From: Leptolyngbyaceae cyanobacterium
GTDB lineage: Bacteria > Cyanobacteriota > Cyanobacteriia > Phormidesmidales > Phormidesmidaceae
Direction of reading: 5' to 3'
Length of the DNA stretch: 64,000 bases
Assembly (NCBI GenBank): GCA_965263355.1
Contig: CBDHHL010000032.1
Location: forward strand, 3,808,001 to 3,872,000
A program made the position numbers and the translations under genes. Of the stretch, positions 1 through 10,680 are shown in pieces. Numbering within the stretch: the stretch's first letter is position 1; each line of letters starts with the position of its first letter. The notes under the pieces were generated by a model that made no database searches, was not told the DNA's origin, and saw only the letters and a list, made by a program, of their open reading frames with translations.

Positions 1-835
1 GTTAATTAAGCCATCAAAGCCAACGGCCCAGCGCATTGATCGACTGCTAACACAGCAACTAAGTTGGCAGGGGTGGAGTGTTGAGGCGTTGTTGCAAGAA
101 GCCGCACAAATTTTGGCTCATTTAAGTGGCTACATTGCATTGGTGACAATGCCTAGATTAGAGCACATGATGGTCAAGCATCTGCAGCTAGTGCAGATGT
201 CAGCAGATCAGGTGTTATTAGTTGTGGTTCTAGAGAGCTATGGCACTGAGTCCATTGTGGTCAGTTTGCCAAGGGGAACTACTGGGGTTGGAGCCATCCA
301 GGATGAAGGAGGACTTGACCGGGAACTACAAATTTTGTCCAACTTTTTAACAGCCCAGCTTTGTGGCCGACAGCTGTCTGAAATATCTAGTTTGGATTGG
401 GATGAGGTTGATACAGCTGAACATCATGTCCTAGCACTGTGTCAGGCCATTGACGATCTGGCCCGACGTAAGCGTCAACCCCAGACCCACATCTTAGTGA
501 CTGGTGTAACGGATGTGTTAAGCCAGCCAGAGTTTTCAGAGCAAAGCCAGCTGCGGAATTTGGTGGCGTTGCTGGCCGATGGTCGGGACCAGCTATGGCC
601 GCTAATGCGGGCAGATGATAATCCCCTCAAGATTTGGATTGGTGAGGAAAATCCATTGGAGCCCATGCAGGGCTGTGCCTTAATTTCGGCTACCTATAAT
701 CGTGATTCAATGCCGTTAGGTAGTGTGGGTGTGATGGGCCCAACACGGATGCTTTATGAGAATACAATTGCGGCAGTTGAAGCCACATCTAGCTATCTAT
801 CAGACATTATGTCGGGCTTAGAGGCTAACCAGTAA
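1..835 (+). CDS. hrcA: Heat-inducible transcription repressor HrcA (5' part outside the window)
   Basis: Frame is open from base 2. C-terminal motifs LSQPEF, IWIGEEN and GSVGVMGPTRMLY are typical of HrcA. Confidence 0.93.
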   Translation, partial: LIKPSKPTAQRIDRLLTQQLSWQGWSVEALLQEAAQILAHLSGYIALVTMPRLEHMMVKHLQLVQMSADQVLLVVVLESYGTESIVVSLPRGTTGVGAIQDEGGLDRELQILSNFLTAQLCGRQLSEISSLDWDEVDTAEHHVLALCQAIDDLARRKRQPQTHILVTGVTDVLSQPEFSEQSQLRNLVALLADGRDQLWPLMRADDNPLKIWIGEENPLEPMQGCALISATYNRDSMPLGSVGVMGPTRMLYENTIAAVEATSSYLSDIMSGLEANQ

Positions 836-1425
836 GCGGCAATAATGCCGCTGATAAATCCAAACAGGTGACTTTCCCAGGAAATGCCAGGCTGTGTGGG
901 TAAGACGCCTAAGAACATAGCGCCATAGGTGACTAAAATAAAGAGGGACAATGCGATCGCACCCATGGTCCGCTCATAATATCCCCGTGCCACTAGATAT
1001 CCTAAATAGCCAAATATCAGACCACTAGCGCCAATGTGAACGGTTGATTGCAGAGGAGACAAAATTCCGCCAAATAGCCATGTGCCCAGCCCCCCTAGGA
1101 ATGTGATAATCACCGTGGCTTTGACCCAGGTGCCAATAGAACGTAGCATTACCCACCAGCTCAGGGTGAGCATCGGTACCGTATTGGCCATTAAATGATT
1201 AAACCCACCATGGAGCAGTGGCGCAAACAGAATTCCCCATAAACCGCTCAGAGAACGAGGACGAATACCGTATCGATCGAGACGCCCCCCAAACACTAAA
1301 AAATCTATAATTTCAATAGACCATAGGGTAATCAAAATAATACCCAATAGCTGAAATCGAGCTGTAGTCGCAGATTTTAGCTCGGATAGTAAAGGACGAT
1401 CAGAGGACATGTTTTGAGATGGCAT
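793..1425 (-). CDS. Rhomboid family intramembrane serine protease
   Basis: Multi-pass hydrophobic protein with HGGFNHLMAN, GASG (catalytic Ser) and SWESHLFG (catalytic His). 3' end overlaps hrcA convergently by 43 bp. Confidence 0.92.
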   Translation of the reverse strand: MPSQNMSSDRPLLSELKSATTARFQLLGIILITLWSIEIIDFLVFGGRLDRYGIRPRSLSGLWGILFAPLLHGGFNHLMANTVPMLTLSWWVMLRSIGTWVKATVIITFLGGLGTWLFGGILSPLQSTVHIGASGLIFGYLGYLVARGYYERTMGAIALSLFILVTYGAMFLGVLPTQPGISWESHLFGFISGIIAAYWLASKPDIMSDR

Positions 1426-1592
1426 AAGCTCAATATATGGGCAGCCTTTAAGGCAGAACGGATATATCGACGACTATATCGACAACGCTGGTATATCAGC
1501 CGCTAGCTATAGGTTAAGCCAACTAATACGAAGTTGTCTGCGTTTCACCGTTAAGTTTGCATTTCTACCAGCCCCCTTGCGTCACCACTGTT

Positions 1593-1670
1593 TAACGCAC
1601 GTTTGCGATAACGCACGTTTGCGATAACGCACGTTTGCGATAACGCACGTTTGCGATAACGCACGTTTGC
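1593..1670. repeat. Perfect tandem repeat, 16-bp unit TAACGCACGTTTGCGA x ~4.9
   Basis: Units start at 1593, 1609, 1625, 1641 and 1657 (last one partial); no spacers. Confidence 0.97.
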
Positions 1671-1697
1671 CCCTCCTCAGTTCATTGATGTAACGAC

Positions 1698-2255
1698 GTG
1701 ATCATTCCAGAACTGCTTGCAGTGCTTTCGATTTCGGCAGCGACTGGCCTACGGTTGGCTCTGCCTCTACTGCTGATTGGCCTGTTGTCAGGTGAACAAC
1801 TGTGGTCAGCTGTGCCTATTTTGGCGAATATTCCCCAGGTCTTAGTGGTTTCTGTATTAGTAATTTGGTCGTTGTTAGAATTGACGATCTCTAAAGATCG
1901 GGTCAGTCGTCGTTTCTTACAAAGCGCAGAGTTATTTTTTAGTCCCTTTGTGGGGACGATTGCCGGGATCGCGATCGCACGCCTTGCCGATATCAATGAC
2001 AGTCTGATACTGGTACTGTTAGCGGTGACTGGCGGTGTGCTTGCGTTGGTTATCCAAATGGTGCAAGTGGGTTGGCTATACCGCTTTAATAGCCCACCCA
2101 TGTGGGTGATCTTTTTAGAAGATGCCCTATGTATTTGTCTGGCCTTCTTGGCCTTTGACGCACCGGAGCAAGGAGGAGTGATCGCCTTATTTTTACTATG
2201 GCTTGCCATCCGCAGTTCTGCCATTTGGCGACAGTGGCAGAAAAAGAAGCGATAA
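1698..2255 (+). CDS. DUF4126-like membrane protein
   Basis: GTG start; hydrophobic; S-AA-G-R-LPLL N-terminus, LE...SKD and FLED motifs resemble the DUF4126 family. Confidence 0.7.
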   Translation: MIIPELLAVLSISAATGLRLALPLLLIGLLSGEQLWSAVPILANIPQVLVVSVLVIWSLLELTISKDRVSRRFLQSAELFFSPFVGTIAGIAIARLADINDSLILVLLAVTGGVLALVIQMVQVGWLYRFNSPPMWVIFLEDALCICLAFLAFDAPEQGGVIALFLLWLAIRSSAIWRQWQKKKR

Positions 2256-2271
2256 AAATTGCTAGAGGGGT

Positions 2272-2300
2272 GTAAGGGTATTGCATGCAACATCCCTAAC
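2272..2300. repeat. REP-like palindrome, TTGCATGCAA core family (copy 1, degenerate)
   Basis: GTAAGGGTATTGCATGCAACATCCCTAAC between convergent stops; related copies at 4771, 32806 and 56731. Confidence 0.7.
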
Positions 2301-2306
2301 GTGTGA

Positions 2307-3470
2307 TTACATCAATCCGGCAATGTGCAAAGGCCCATGACCGCTAACCATTTCTAATAACAGTGCCAAAAAGCCCACCATTGCCAGACGGCCATTCCAT
2401 ACTTCAGCAAAAGGCGTTAGACCCCAAGCAGACTTGTCTTGAGGGTAAATACGCACTTGCTTTTGTAGCTGAGCCGCATCAGAAAATAACTTACGCGGAG
2501 ATTCCAGTGCTTTAACTACCATATTGCCCATATCCTCGATAAAGACAGGGTAGGTATTCAGGGCTGGAACACGGTGAAATCCCTTGATCCCAGACTCTTC
2601 AGCCAGCTCACGATATTCAATGTCGATTTCCTGCAGCGTTTCAATGTGTTCAGACACAAAGCTAATGGGGACAACCACAAGGTCAGAAATTCCCTTTTCC
2701 GCTAATTCCTCGATGGCATCTTCGGTGTAGGGCTGTAGCCACTCAACCGGACCCACTCGGCTCTGGTAGGCCAATGTAAAATCATTGGGGCGGTTGACCG
2801 CCTTCATAATCAGCTCAACGCAGTGCTCCATCTCACGCTGGTAGGGATCACCCGCTTCTTCCACATAGCTAACCGGTACACCATGAGCACTGAAGAAAAT
2901 ATGCCCTGTGTTGGGGTTAGGTAACTTATCAATCTCTTGCAAAATCAAGTCTGCCATGGCGCGGACATAGCCAGGACTGCTGTACCAAGATGGAATTAGG
3001 GTGTACTTAATTTTCTGAAGCGCAGGATCCTCTTGCCACAGCTTATCTAGCAAACGAAAGCTAGAGCCGCTGGTACTGATAGAAAACTGAGGATACAGAG
3101 GCAAAATGACCAAGTCTTCAATGCCATCTTGCTTAATCTGGGCAACTGCCTCTTCAGTAAAGGGATACCAGTAACGCATGCCGATGTAGATTTTGACATC
3201 GCGCCCCAATTTTTGTAGATATTTCTTGAGGGCTGCTCCCTGTTCCTCAGTAATGCGGCGCAGGGGTGACCCCCCCCCAATTTCCTTATAATTCTCCTGG
3301 GATTTGCTGGCACGATTAGTAGAGATTAGCCAAGCCAAGGGCTTTTGGAGCCATGGAAACGGGAGTCGAATAATCTCTGGGTCAGCAAACAAATTAAACA
3401 GAAAAGGACGTACATCCTCCAGCTGTTCAGGACCCCCAAGGTTTAGTAGTAGGACTCCAGTACGACCCAT
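2307..3470 (-). CDS. hemH: Ferrochelatase with C-terminal CAB (HLIP-like) helix
   Basis: [25 protein letters not shown] and [13 protein letters not shown] motifs; C-terminal [12 protein letters not shown] chlorophyll-binding motif typical of cyanobacteria and plants. Confidence 0.98.
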   Translation of the reverse strand: MGRTGVLLLNLGGPEQLEDVRPFLFNLFADPEIIRLPFPWLQKPLAWLISTNRASKSQENYKEIGGGSPLRRITEEQGAALKKYLQKLGRDVKIYIGMRYWYPFTEEAVAQIKQDGIEDLVILPLYPQFSISTSGSSFRLLDKLWQEDPALQKIKYTLIPSWYSSPGYVRAMADLILQEIDKLPNPNTGHIFFSAHGVPVSYVEEAGDPYQREMEHCVELIMKAVNRPNDFTLAYQSRVGPVEWLQPYTEDAIEELAEKGISDLVVVPISFVSEHIETLQEIDIEYRELAEESGIKGFHRVPALNTYPVFIEDMGNMVVKALESPRKLFSDAAQLQKQVRIYPQDKSAWGLTPFAEVWNGRLAMVGFLALLLEMVSGHGPLHIAGLM

Positions 3471-3584
3471 GACGGTACTCTTACCTTTAATAACGAAGTT
3501 TTAATGATCTTGACCTATCGTAACAACTAACTCATCCCATAGGCATATCAGATTTGTAGAAGTTGAGAATTTTTTTCATTTAGT

Positions 3585-4778
3585 ATGGCTAAAGCATCCG
3601 TAGAACATTCGTTAGCTCAGGCTTTAGTCCAAGTAAATCAGCGCTTAAAGCTGGCAAAATTAGGGTTGCAGATTGAACGACGGGGTGATCGACTCAATCT
3701 CCGTGGTACCTTCCCGCCCCGTCCTGGCAGTCCTAAATTGCGTCCTTATCAACAGCGATTACCGTTAAAATTACCCGCCACAAAAGCCGGTTTGAAGCAG
3801 TGTGAGCAAACGGCCAAAATTATTGCTGGTCAGCTATTACAAAATAGTTTTGATTGGCGAGACTATCTTGGCCCGGTGGCGGGTTTGCGCATGGCGGGAG
3901 CTGATTTATCTGCTCAAATTGATGCGTTTGAACGTCATTTCTTTGAAACTCGTTGTTCAGAAGCGTCAGCGGCTTCAGTTCAAACTACTTGGGAAAAGGC
4001 CTACGTTCCCTATTTGCGTAAGCTGCATGCTATAGCGGAACGCCATCGTGATCTGAGTTTACCCGAAGTGATCTACGCTACTGTCCAGGGCACTAAGGCC
4101 AACTCACGCAGTCGTCAGATTTGCTGTACCGCCCTAGCTGCTCTGGCAGAGTTTCTGAACCTGGAATTGCCGACTGATTTAAAGGCCTTTTGGGGTAATT
4201 ATGGCAATAGTCAGACGCAGCTACGCGATTTGCCGTCTGATCAGCAGATTGTGGACGTTTACGACTGTCTCAAAAATCCGAGCTGGAAGTATGTTTATGG
4301 CATGCTGGCTACCTATGGGCTGCGTAACCATGAGGTATTCTTTTGCGATGTTCCTTGGGATGGGCTTTGCCAAGGCGATCGCACCCCTAATCACGAAATT
4401 ACGGTTCGCGAAGCCACCAAGACCGGTTGCCACGAAGTATGGCCCTTTTATCCCGAATGGGTAGAGCGGTTTGACCTGTTCAATGGTCAACTGCCCCAAA
4501 TCAACACCGACCTGACTACAACGACACTCCAGCGCATCGGCCAGCAGGTCACCACCCAGTTTCGTCGCTATAAGATCCCCTTCTCGCCCTATGACCTGCG
4601 CCATGCCTGGGCCGTTCGCACTATATTAGTGGGGCTGTCTGATGCTGTGGCTGCCAGAATGATGGGGCATTCAGTACAGGTCCACAATCGTACGTACCAC
4701 CGTTGGATGACCCACCGAGATCAGCAGGTGGCGGTGCAGACGGCGTTGGCAAAAAATGAAATGAAGGCCCCCTTGTAA
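3585..4778 (+). CDS. Tyrosine recombinase / site-specific integrase (cyanobacterial XisA/XisC-like family)
   Basis: Catalytic motifs YGLRNHE, TKTG, YDLRHAWA and MGHS..VH...Y; N-terminal LNLRGTFPPRPG arm typical of cyanobacterial members. Confidence 0.9.
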   Translation: MAKASVEHSLAQALVQVNQRLKLAKLGLQIERRGDRLNLRGTFPPRPGSPKLRPYQQRLPLKLPATKAGLKQCEQTAKIIAGQLLQNSFDWRDYLGPVAGLRMAGADLSAQIDAFERHFFETRCSEASAASVQTTWEKAYVPYLRKLHAIAERHRDLSLPEVIYATVQGTKANSRSRQICCTALAALAEFLNLELPTDLKAFWGNYGNSQTQLRDLPSDQQIVDVYDCLKNPSWKYVYGMLATYGLRNHEVFFCDVPWDGLCQGDRTPNHEITVREATKTGCHEVWPFYPEWVERFDLFNGQLPQINTDLTTTTLQRIGQQVTTQFRRYKIPFSPYDLRHAWAVRTILVGLSDAVAARMMGHSVQVHNRTYHRWMTHRDQQVAVQTALAKNEMKAPL

Positions 4779-4806
4779 GGGCGTTGCATGCAATGCCCTT
4801 ACAAGG
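4771..4806. repeat. REP-like 36-bp palindrome (copy 2), probably also a terminator between convergent genes
   Basis: CCTTGTAAGGGCGTTGCATGCAATGCCCTTACAAGG, one mismatch; contains the integrase stop codon. Confidence 0.85.
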
Positions 4807-4812
4807 CAGAAA

Positions 4813-5586
<774 letters not shown>

Positions 5587-5732
5587 TCACTCTATTATTT
5601 TTGGGGGGTGGGAATCAATTATCTGATCCCCTGACAGATCCTTATGAAAATCCGAAGGATTAGCTTAAATTACAGTCATTTTGATGGCGCTCGCTTAGCA
5701 TAAAAGCTGAACCCATCCTGGATTTAAGACAA

Positions 5733-6050
5733 ATGGCTGTTAAACAACAATTTTCTAGCTTTGAGGACATGTTGGCTGGCGCTGATAAGCCGACATTGGT
5801 AGACTTCTACGCTACTTGGTGTGGACCTTGTCAAATAATGACAGGGGAATTAAAGAAAGTTAAGGATGAGCTGCAGGATCAGCTGCAAATTGTGAAAATT
5901 GATACAGATCGATACGATACGCTAGCTTCCAAGCATCAAATCCATGCCCTGCCCACCATGGTGCTATTTAAGGATGGTCAGGAGGTTGACCGGATTGAAG
6001 GAGCCATGACCGCTGCTCAACTCGTTGCTCGGTTACAGCCGAACCTGTAG
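5733..6050 (+). CDS. Thioredoxin
   Basis: DFYATWCGPC active site; 105 aa. Confidence 0.95.
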   Translation: MAVKQQFSSFEDMLAGADKPTLVDFYATWCGPCQIMTGELKKVKDELQDQLQIVKIDTDRYDTLASKHQIHALPTMVLFKDGQEVDRIEGAMTAAQLVARLQPNL

Positions 6051-6149
6051 TTGATAGTTGAGCGTTGCTGATTTGTCTCCCTGTCAGCAACGGTTATGAT
6101 TAAGAGTCCTCGGGCTTGCCTGGGTTTGTGACTGATTAATCAAAACGAT

Positions 6150-6632
6150 ATGGAAACGGCATGTGCCATTGCCTTGGGGAGTAACCTGGGGGATTCAGAG
6201 CAAACGATTGAAGCAGCATTGGCACAGCTTGAACGGGACGGTATGCGATTAGGGGTGCGATCGCAACTCTATAAAACAGCTGCAGTTGGTCCACCCCAAC
6301 CTGATTACATCAATGCCTGTGCGGTTTTCCATACGGTCTTGTCCCCCGAATCTGTGCTGGAGGTTTTGCTAACGACGGAGGCAAGCTTTGGCCGTATTCG
6401 CCGGGAACGATGGGGACCCCGGACGTTGGATTTAGACTTATTGCTATATGGCGACCAGGTAGTCGATACGTTGAGGCTAATCTTGCCGCATCCGAGGATG
6501 CATGAACGGGCGTTTGTCCTAGTGCCCCTGGCCGAGATTGTCCCTGATTGGCGGCATCCGGTGCGGCAGCGCACTGTACAGGAATTGCTTGAGCAGGTTA
6601 ACATCGCCGGGGTTTATCCATTGGTGGCGTAG
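6150..6632 (+). CDS. folK: 2-amino-4-hydroxy-6-hydroxymethyldihydropteridine diphosphokinase
   Basis: IALGSNLG, WGPRTLDLDLL and PHPRMHERAFVLVPL motifs. Confidence 0.97.
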   Translation: METACAIALGSNLGDSEQTIEAALAQLERDGMRLGVRSQLYKTAAVGPPQPDYINACAVFHTVLSPESVLEVLLTTEASFGRIRRERWGPRTLDLDLLLYGDQVVDTLRLILPHPRMHERAFVLVPLAEIVPDWRHPVRQRTVQELLEQVNIAGVYPLVA

Positions 6633-6683
6633 TTAATTGTGAGTACCGCCATGGAATTAGCCAGCAGCCTATAGTGTACGCTA

Positions 6684-7265
6684 ATGCCGTTACCTCACCG
6701 TATTAGCATTATGTCCCTTGGCTTAGAACCGCCCCAGCTACTAAAAAAATGTCTATACTACGCTGGACGGAAGTTTGACTTTGAAGTCAATCGTCTGCGT
6801 CTGCCTAACAAAGTTGAAGGCCAATGGGAATGCATTCGTCATCCCGGCGGTGCGATGGCGGTACCCATTACTCCCGATGGTAACCTGGTGTTAGTGCGAC
6901 AATATCGTTTTGCGGTTCAGGGAAGATTGTTAGAGTTTCCTGCAGGTACCATTGAAGTAGATGAAGACCCGTTTACAACAATTCAACGGGAGATAGAAGA
7001 AGAGACTGGTTATAGTGCTAAAGAATGGACCAATCTTGGCAAGTTTCCGTTAGCACCTGGCTATTCTGACGAGTATATTTTCGCTTTCTTAGCCAGCAAT
7101 TTAGAGAAGCTAGAAACTGCTCCAGAACAGGATGAAGATGAAGATATTGAAGTTGTTTTGATGACTCCAGAAGAGTTTGAAAAAGCTGTTCTGGATGGTG
7201 AAGGTGTGGATGCTAAATCGATTGCCGGATACTTTATGGCAAAGCCTTTTTTAAGTCAGATGTAA
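6684..7265 (+). CDS. Nudix hydrolase (ADP-ribose pyrophosphatase-like); start may be the ATG at 6711
   Basis: Nudix box GTIE...REIEEETGY; LVRQYR; HPGG. Confidence 0.9.
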   Translation: MPLPHRISIMSLGLEPPQLLKKCLYYAGRKFDFEVNRLRLPNKVEGQWECIRHPGGAMAVPITPDGNLVLVRQYRFAVQGRLLEFPAGTIEVDEDPFTTIQREIEEETGYSAKEWTNLGKFPLAPGYSDEYIFAFLASNLEKLETAPEQDEDEDIEVVLMTPEEFEKAVLDGEGVDAKSIAGYFMAKPFLSQM

Positions 7266-7306
7266 GTCTTATTGGTTAGGGTTAACCCTATGAAAGTGAA
7301 ACTGTA

Positions 7307-9061
7307 CTAAGCCAGTGCTGCAGCCACTTCTATTTCAGACGACGAATTGACCACTGCCAATAGGTCACCATTACTGAGAATATTGGTTTGACTTCCAGAT
7401 TGCTCGAAGTTTACTCCCGCAGCCTGGAGGTCAGCTGAACCGAGTTCAAATCGAGTGATCTCAGCCTGGAAACCATCGATCACAACCGAGCCTTCGCCAG
7501 CATTAAGAACGACAACAGCATCACCATCCAAGCCAAGCCAAACATAGTCATCGCCAGTGCCGGTATTAATCTCATCTCCACCGCCATAACCATAAAGCTC
7601 ATCGTTACCAAGGCCACCAACTAAGGTGTCAGATTCACTGCCGCCATAGAGTTTGTCATTGCCGGCATCCCCCACTAGCAAGTCGTTGCCACCGTTGCCA
7701 TACAGAATATCGTCACCATCACCGCCGACCATAACATCATTCTCATTTGCACCGAGGAGGATGTCATTACCAGCGCCACCGTTGAAGTCGTCAGAGCCAC
7801 CATTGCCGAAGAGGGTGTCATTTCCTTCTCCGCCAATCAGGGTATCATCGCCATCTCCACCCAATAAGTGGTCGTTGCCGATACAACCATCTAAGGTGTC
7901 ATTACCGCCATTCCCAAAGAGTCTGTTATCTCCGCTATTGCCAGAAAGAGACTCATCAGCACTGGTCCCAAATATAGTTATAGGCTCACTGCCACCATCA
8001 TTATTGTTATCGGTAACTGTAATCGTAGCGATTGCAGTATCGCTGAGTTCTCCATCACTGATGGTGTACGTAAAACTGTCTGAGCCATTGAAGTCAGCAT
8101 CAGGGGTGTAGGCAAAAGAGCCATCAGCATTGAGGGTTACCTCACCATTGGTAGGCGCAATGTCCAGGCTAGCGGTGAGGCTGTCACCATCGATATCATC
8201 GTCATTGGCTAGAACGTTGCATGCTACCCCTGTATTTTCATTAATACTGTAGCTATCATCGACTGCTGTGGGAGCATCATTTATGGAGACAATAGTCAAA
8301 TCAACAGTTGCCGTATCACTCAGGTCTCCATCACTGGCAGTGTATGTGAAGCTGTCTGAGCCATTAAAGTTGGCATTAGGGGTATAGGTAAAAGAACCAT
8401 CGGTGTTGAGTGTGATGTCACCGTTGATAGGCTCTATTCCCAGGTTAGCGATGACGGAAGCCGTATCGATATTGTTGTCATTAGTGAGAACATTCCCAGA
8501 AATCACATTGTCTTCAAGGCCACTGAAGGTATCATCTATGGCCTGAGGTGGCTCGTTGGCTATTTCTATTGGAGTGGAGCGGATATATTCAAAGAGCCCA
8601 CTAGCACCTTGTCCTGTGCCCCAAGCAGTGAATGTAAAATCTACAAAAATATTATCTTCAATGAGATGGGCTACATAGGCGGTTGGCGAAGGTAGAACCT
8701 CACCACAGGCTCCTTGGCAAACATTGCTAAAGAAACTGGAACCATCACCTGGATCAACTGCGTCATTGACCGAAAAGTCTAAATTTGCAATCCCATCACT
8801 AATGGAGCCAACGGCCCATCTTACCCCTGCTGGGCCCAGACCATTTTTGCCTCCAGAGGTTTCGACAGCGGCATTAAAAATGGGGCCAGCAGCACCCCGA
8901 TCCAAAATTACACTCTCAGTGAGAAAATCTTGAGCTGGATCATTTGCACCTGTGTTTATAAATTTAAGGCTTTCTCCTGTCCATAGCGTAGCAGTCTCGT
9001 CAGAAAAATTAGCCAGTGTGGGCAAAGAGACTATGTCCTGGTCATTAAAATGGGTATTCAT
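7307..9061 (-). CDS. Secreted Ca2+-binding RTX-repeat protein with two Ig/cadherin-like (tandem-95-type) domains
   Basis: Two repeats of N.PP.A.DD...NVL.ND...NG..TLN.DGSF.YTP...F.GSDSFTY, followed by many GGxGxD nonapeptides; no Sec signal. Confidence 0.88.
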   Translation of the reverse strand: MNTHFNDQDIVSLPTLANFSDETATLWTGESLKFINTGANDPAQDFLTESVILDRGAAGPIFNAAVETSGGKNGLGPAGVRWAVGSISDGIANLDFSVNDAVDPGDGSSFFSNVCQGACGEVLPSPTAYVAHLIEDNIFVDFTFTAWGTGQGASGLFEYIRSTPIEIANEPPQAIDDTFSGLEDNVISGNVLTNDNNIDTASVIANLGIEPINGDITLNTDGSFTYTPNANFNGSDSFTYTASDGDLSDTATVDLTIVSINDAPTAVDDSYSINENTGVACNVLANDDDIDGDSLTASLDIAPTNGEVTLNADGSFAYTPDADFNGSDSFTYTISDGELSDTAIATITVTDNNNDGGSEPITIFGTSADESLSGNSGDNRLFGNGGNDTLDGCIGNDHLLGGDGDDTLIGGEGNDTLFGNGGSDDFNGGAGNDILLGANENDVMVGGDGDDILYGNGGNDLLVGDAGNDKLYGGSESDTLVGGLGNDELYGYGGGDEINTGTGDDYVWLGLDGDAVVVLNAGEGSVVIDGFQAEITRFELGSADLQAAGVNFEQSGSQTNILSNGDLLAVVNSSSEIEVAAALA

Positions 9062-9216
9062 TGCTGATGTCAGGTTGAATCTATTAGGTGGTTAAGCTAA
9101 GTTTTCTGGCTGAGATAGGGAAGAAAGGGGCAGGGATAAATGGGAATGGTATACACTCGTATTCCTTTGCCCCAGAAGGAATTAAGTGGTTTCTTAGCTC
9201 ACTGTAGGGAGTTAGT

Positions 9217-10680
9217 TTATGAAACCTCTGAGAGATTATTAAGAAAACTCTTATGATTGTTTGATCTCTTGCTAGGAGGTTGCTTTAATGCATTGTAAGG
9301 AAAGATTACGGTGACGCAGGTGCCTTGGTTCACCATGCTATGAAGGGTGATTGTACCCTGGTGCATACGAATGATTTCTGCGGCGATCGCTAATCCTAAC
9401 CCGGCACCTCCCGATTTGCGATCGCGGGCTTTATCCACCCGATAAAAGCGTTCGAATAAATGGGGGAGATGCTCTGGTGAAATGCCAATGCCGGTATCTT
9501 TTACCTTGATATGAAGTTCTGTTGGCAACAGATGGGTTTCGAGGGAGACTTTGCCACCCTCGGCAGTGTATTTGATGGCGTTATCCACCAAGTTTAAGAA
9601 CACTCGAATGAGTTGATCGGGATCGCCCTGCAGTGATAAACCGGGCAAGATTTGACTATGCAGTATAAGCTCCTTGGTCACTGTTAAGCCTGTGGCCTGC
9701 TCAACGACAGCTTCTAACAGATAGCTGAGATTGAGTGGTTCGAGATTACTGTGCCATTGGCCCAAATCAGCCCGTGCCAAAAATAAGAGATCGTTGGTGA
9801 GGCGAACCAGGCGATCAACATTGCGTTCGAGGCCTCCTAATGTGTATTGGTAGTCGGTGAGGGTGCGATCTCGGCTCAGGGTTACATTGAGCTGCCCTTT
9901 CATGGCGGTCAGAGGTGTGCGTAACTCATGGGAAACATCCGCTGTAAACCTACGTTCTCGCTGAAAAGCCGCCTGAATACGATCCAACATTTGGTCAAAG
10001 GTTGTGGCCAACCGCCCTACTTCGTCTGTCGGGCCGCGATAACCGATGCGCTGCTCCAAGTCGCTGGCACCAATGGCCTGGGCGGTGCGGGTAACGCGGT
10101 CAATGGGGCGTAGCGCCTGGTTAAGTAAAAAGAAACCACCCCAGGCCGCAATTAATAAAACCACAGGTAGGCTCACCAGAATCTGTCGCATAAATTTTGC
10201 TTCGGCTGCCTGAAGATCGGTGAGTGGATGGGCAACTTGCAACCATCCGATGGATTGTTGGTGGTTATCCTGAACAGGTTGACTGTAGACACGCCAGTCA
10301 ATTGTTTTACTGGAAAGATGTTTAGAACCCACAGATTGAGGAATCCATGGAGGAATCGTTTGGTAGTCGCCGAGGCCAAACCAGGGGTTTCCCTCTGGAG
10401 TAATTAAGCGAACGGCAAAGTCTCCCTTTTGTAGATAGCGAGATAAATTCTTGGATTCGCTTGCTATAAAGATGGGTGGATCATGCTCACGGTTGAGGTG
10501 ATTGTCGGCATAGGAGGCAGTGAGCTTTAGGGTACCATCCAGTTGATGGAGCAAATTGAGCTTGAGCTGAATATAGAGAAAGCTGCTAAACAACAGCAGA
10601 ATTAAGCCGAGCAGCAGGCTATACCAAGTGGTTAAGCGAACCCGCAGTGGATACTGGCTTAATCGGAAGGGGTTACCCAT
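9217..10680 (-). CDS. Sensor histidine kinase (HAMP, HisKA, HATPase; CusS/QseC-like)
   Basis: Two TM segments; SHELRTPL, NLVDNAIKY, DTGIG, FERFYR and GAGLGL boxes. Confidence 0.95.
   Translation of the reverse strand: MGNPFRLSQYPLRVRLTTWYSLLLGLILLLFSSFLYIQLKLNLLHQLDGTLKLTASYADNHLNREHDPPIFIASESKNLSRYLQKGDFAVRLITPEGNPWFGLGDYQTIPPWIPQSVGSKHLSSKTIDWRVYSQPVQDNHQQSIGWLQVAHPLTDLQAAEAKFMRQILVSLPVVLLIAAWGGFFLLNQALRPIDRVTRTAQAIGASDLEQRIGYRGPTDEVGRLATTFDQMLDRIQAAFQRERRFTADVSHELRTPLTAMKGQLNVTLSRDRTLTDYQYTLGGLERNVDRLVRLTNDLLFLARADLGQWHSNLEPLNLSYLLEAVVEQATGLTVTKELILHSQILPGLSLQGDPDQLIRVFLNLVDNAIKYTAEGGKVSLETHLLPTELHIKVKDTGIGISPEHLPHLFERFYRVDKARDRKSGGAGLGLAIAAEIIRMHQGTITLHSMVNQGTCVTVIFPYNALKQPPSKRSNNHKSFLNNLSEVS

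Noticed and set aside
1593..1670. CRISPR array
   Set aside because: Units are contiguous 16-mers with no unique spacers, and there are no cas genes in the window.
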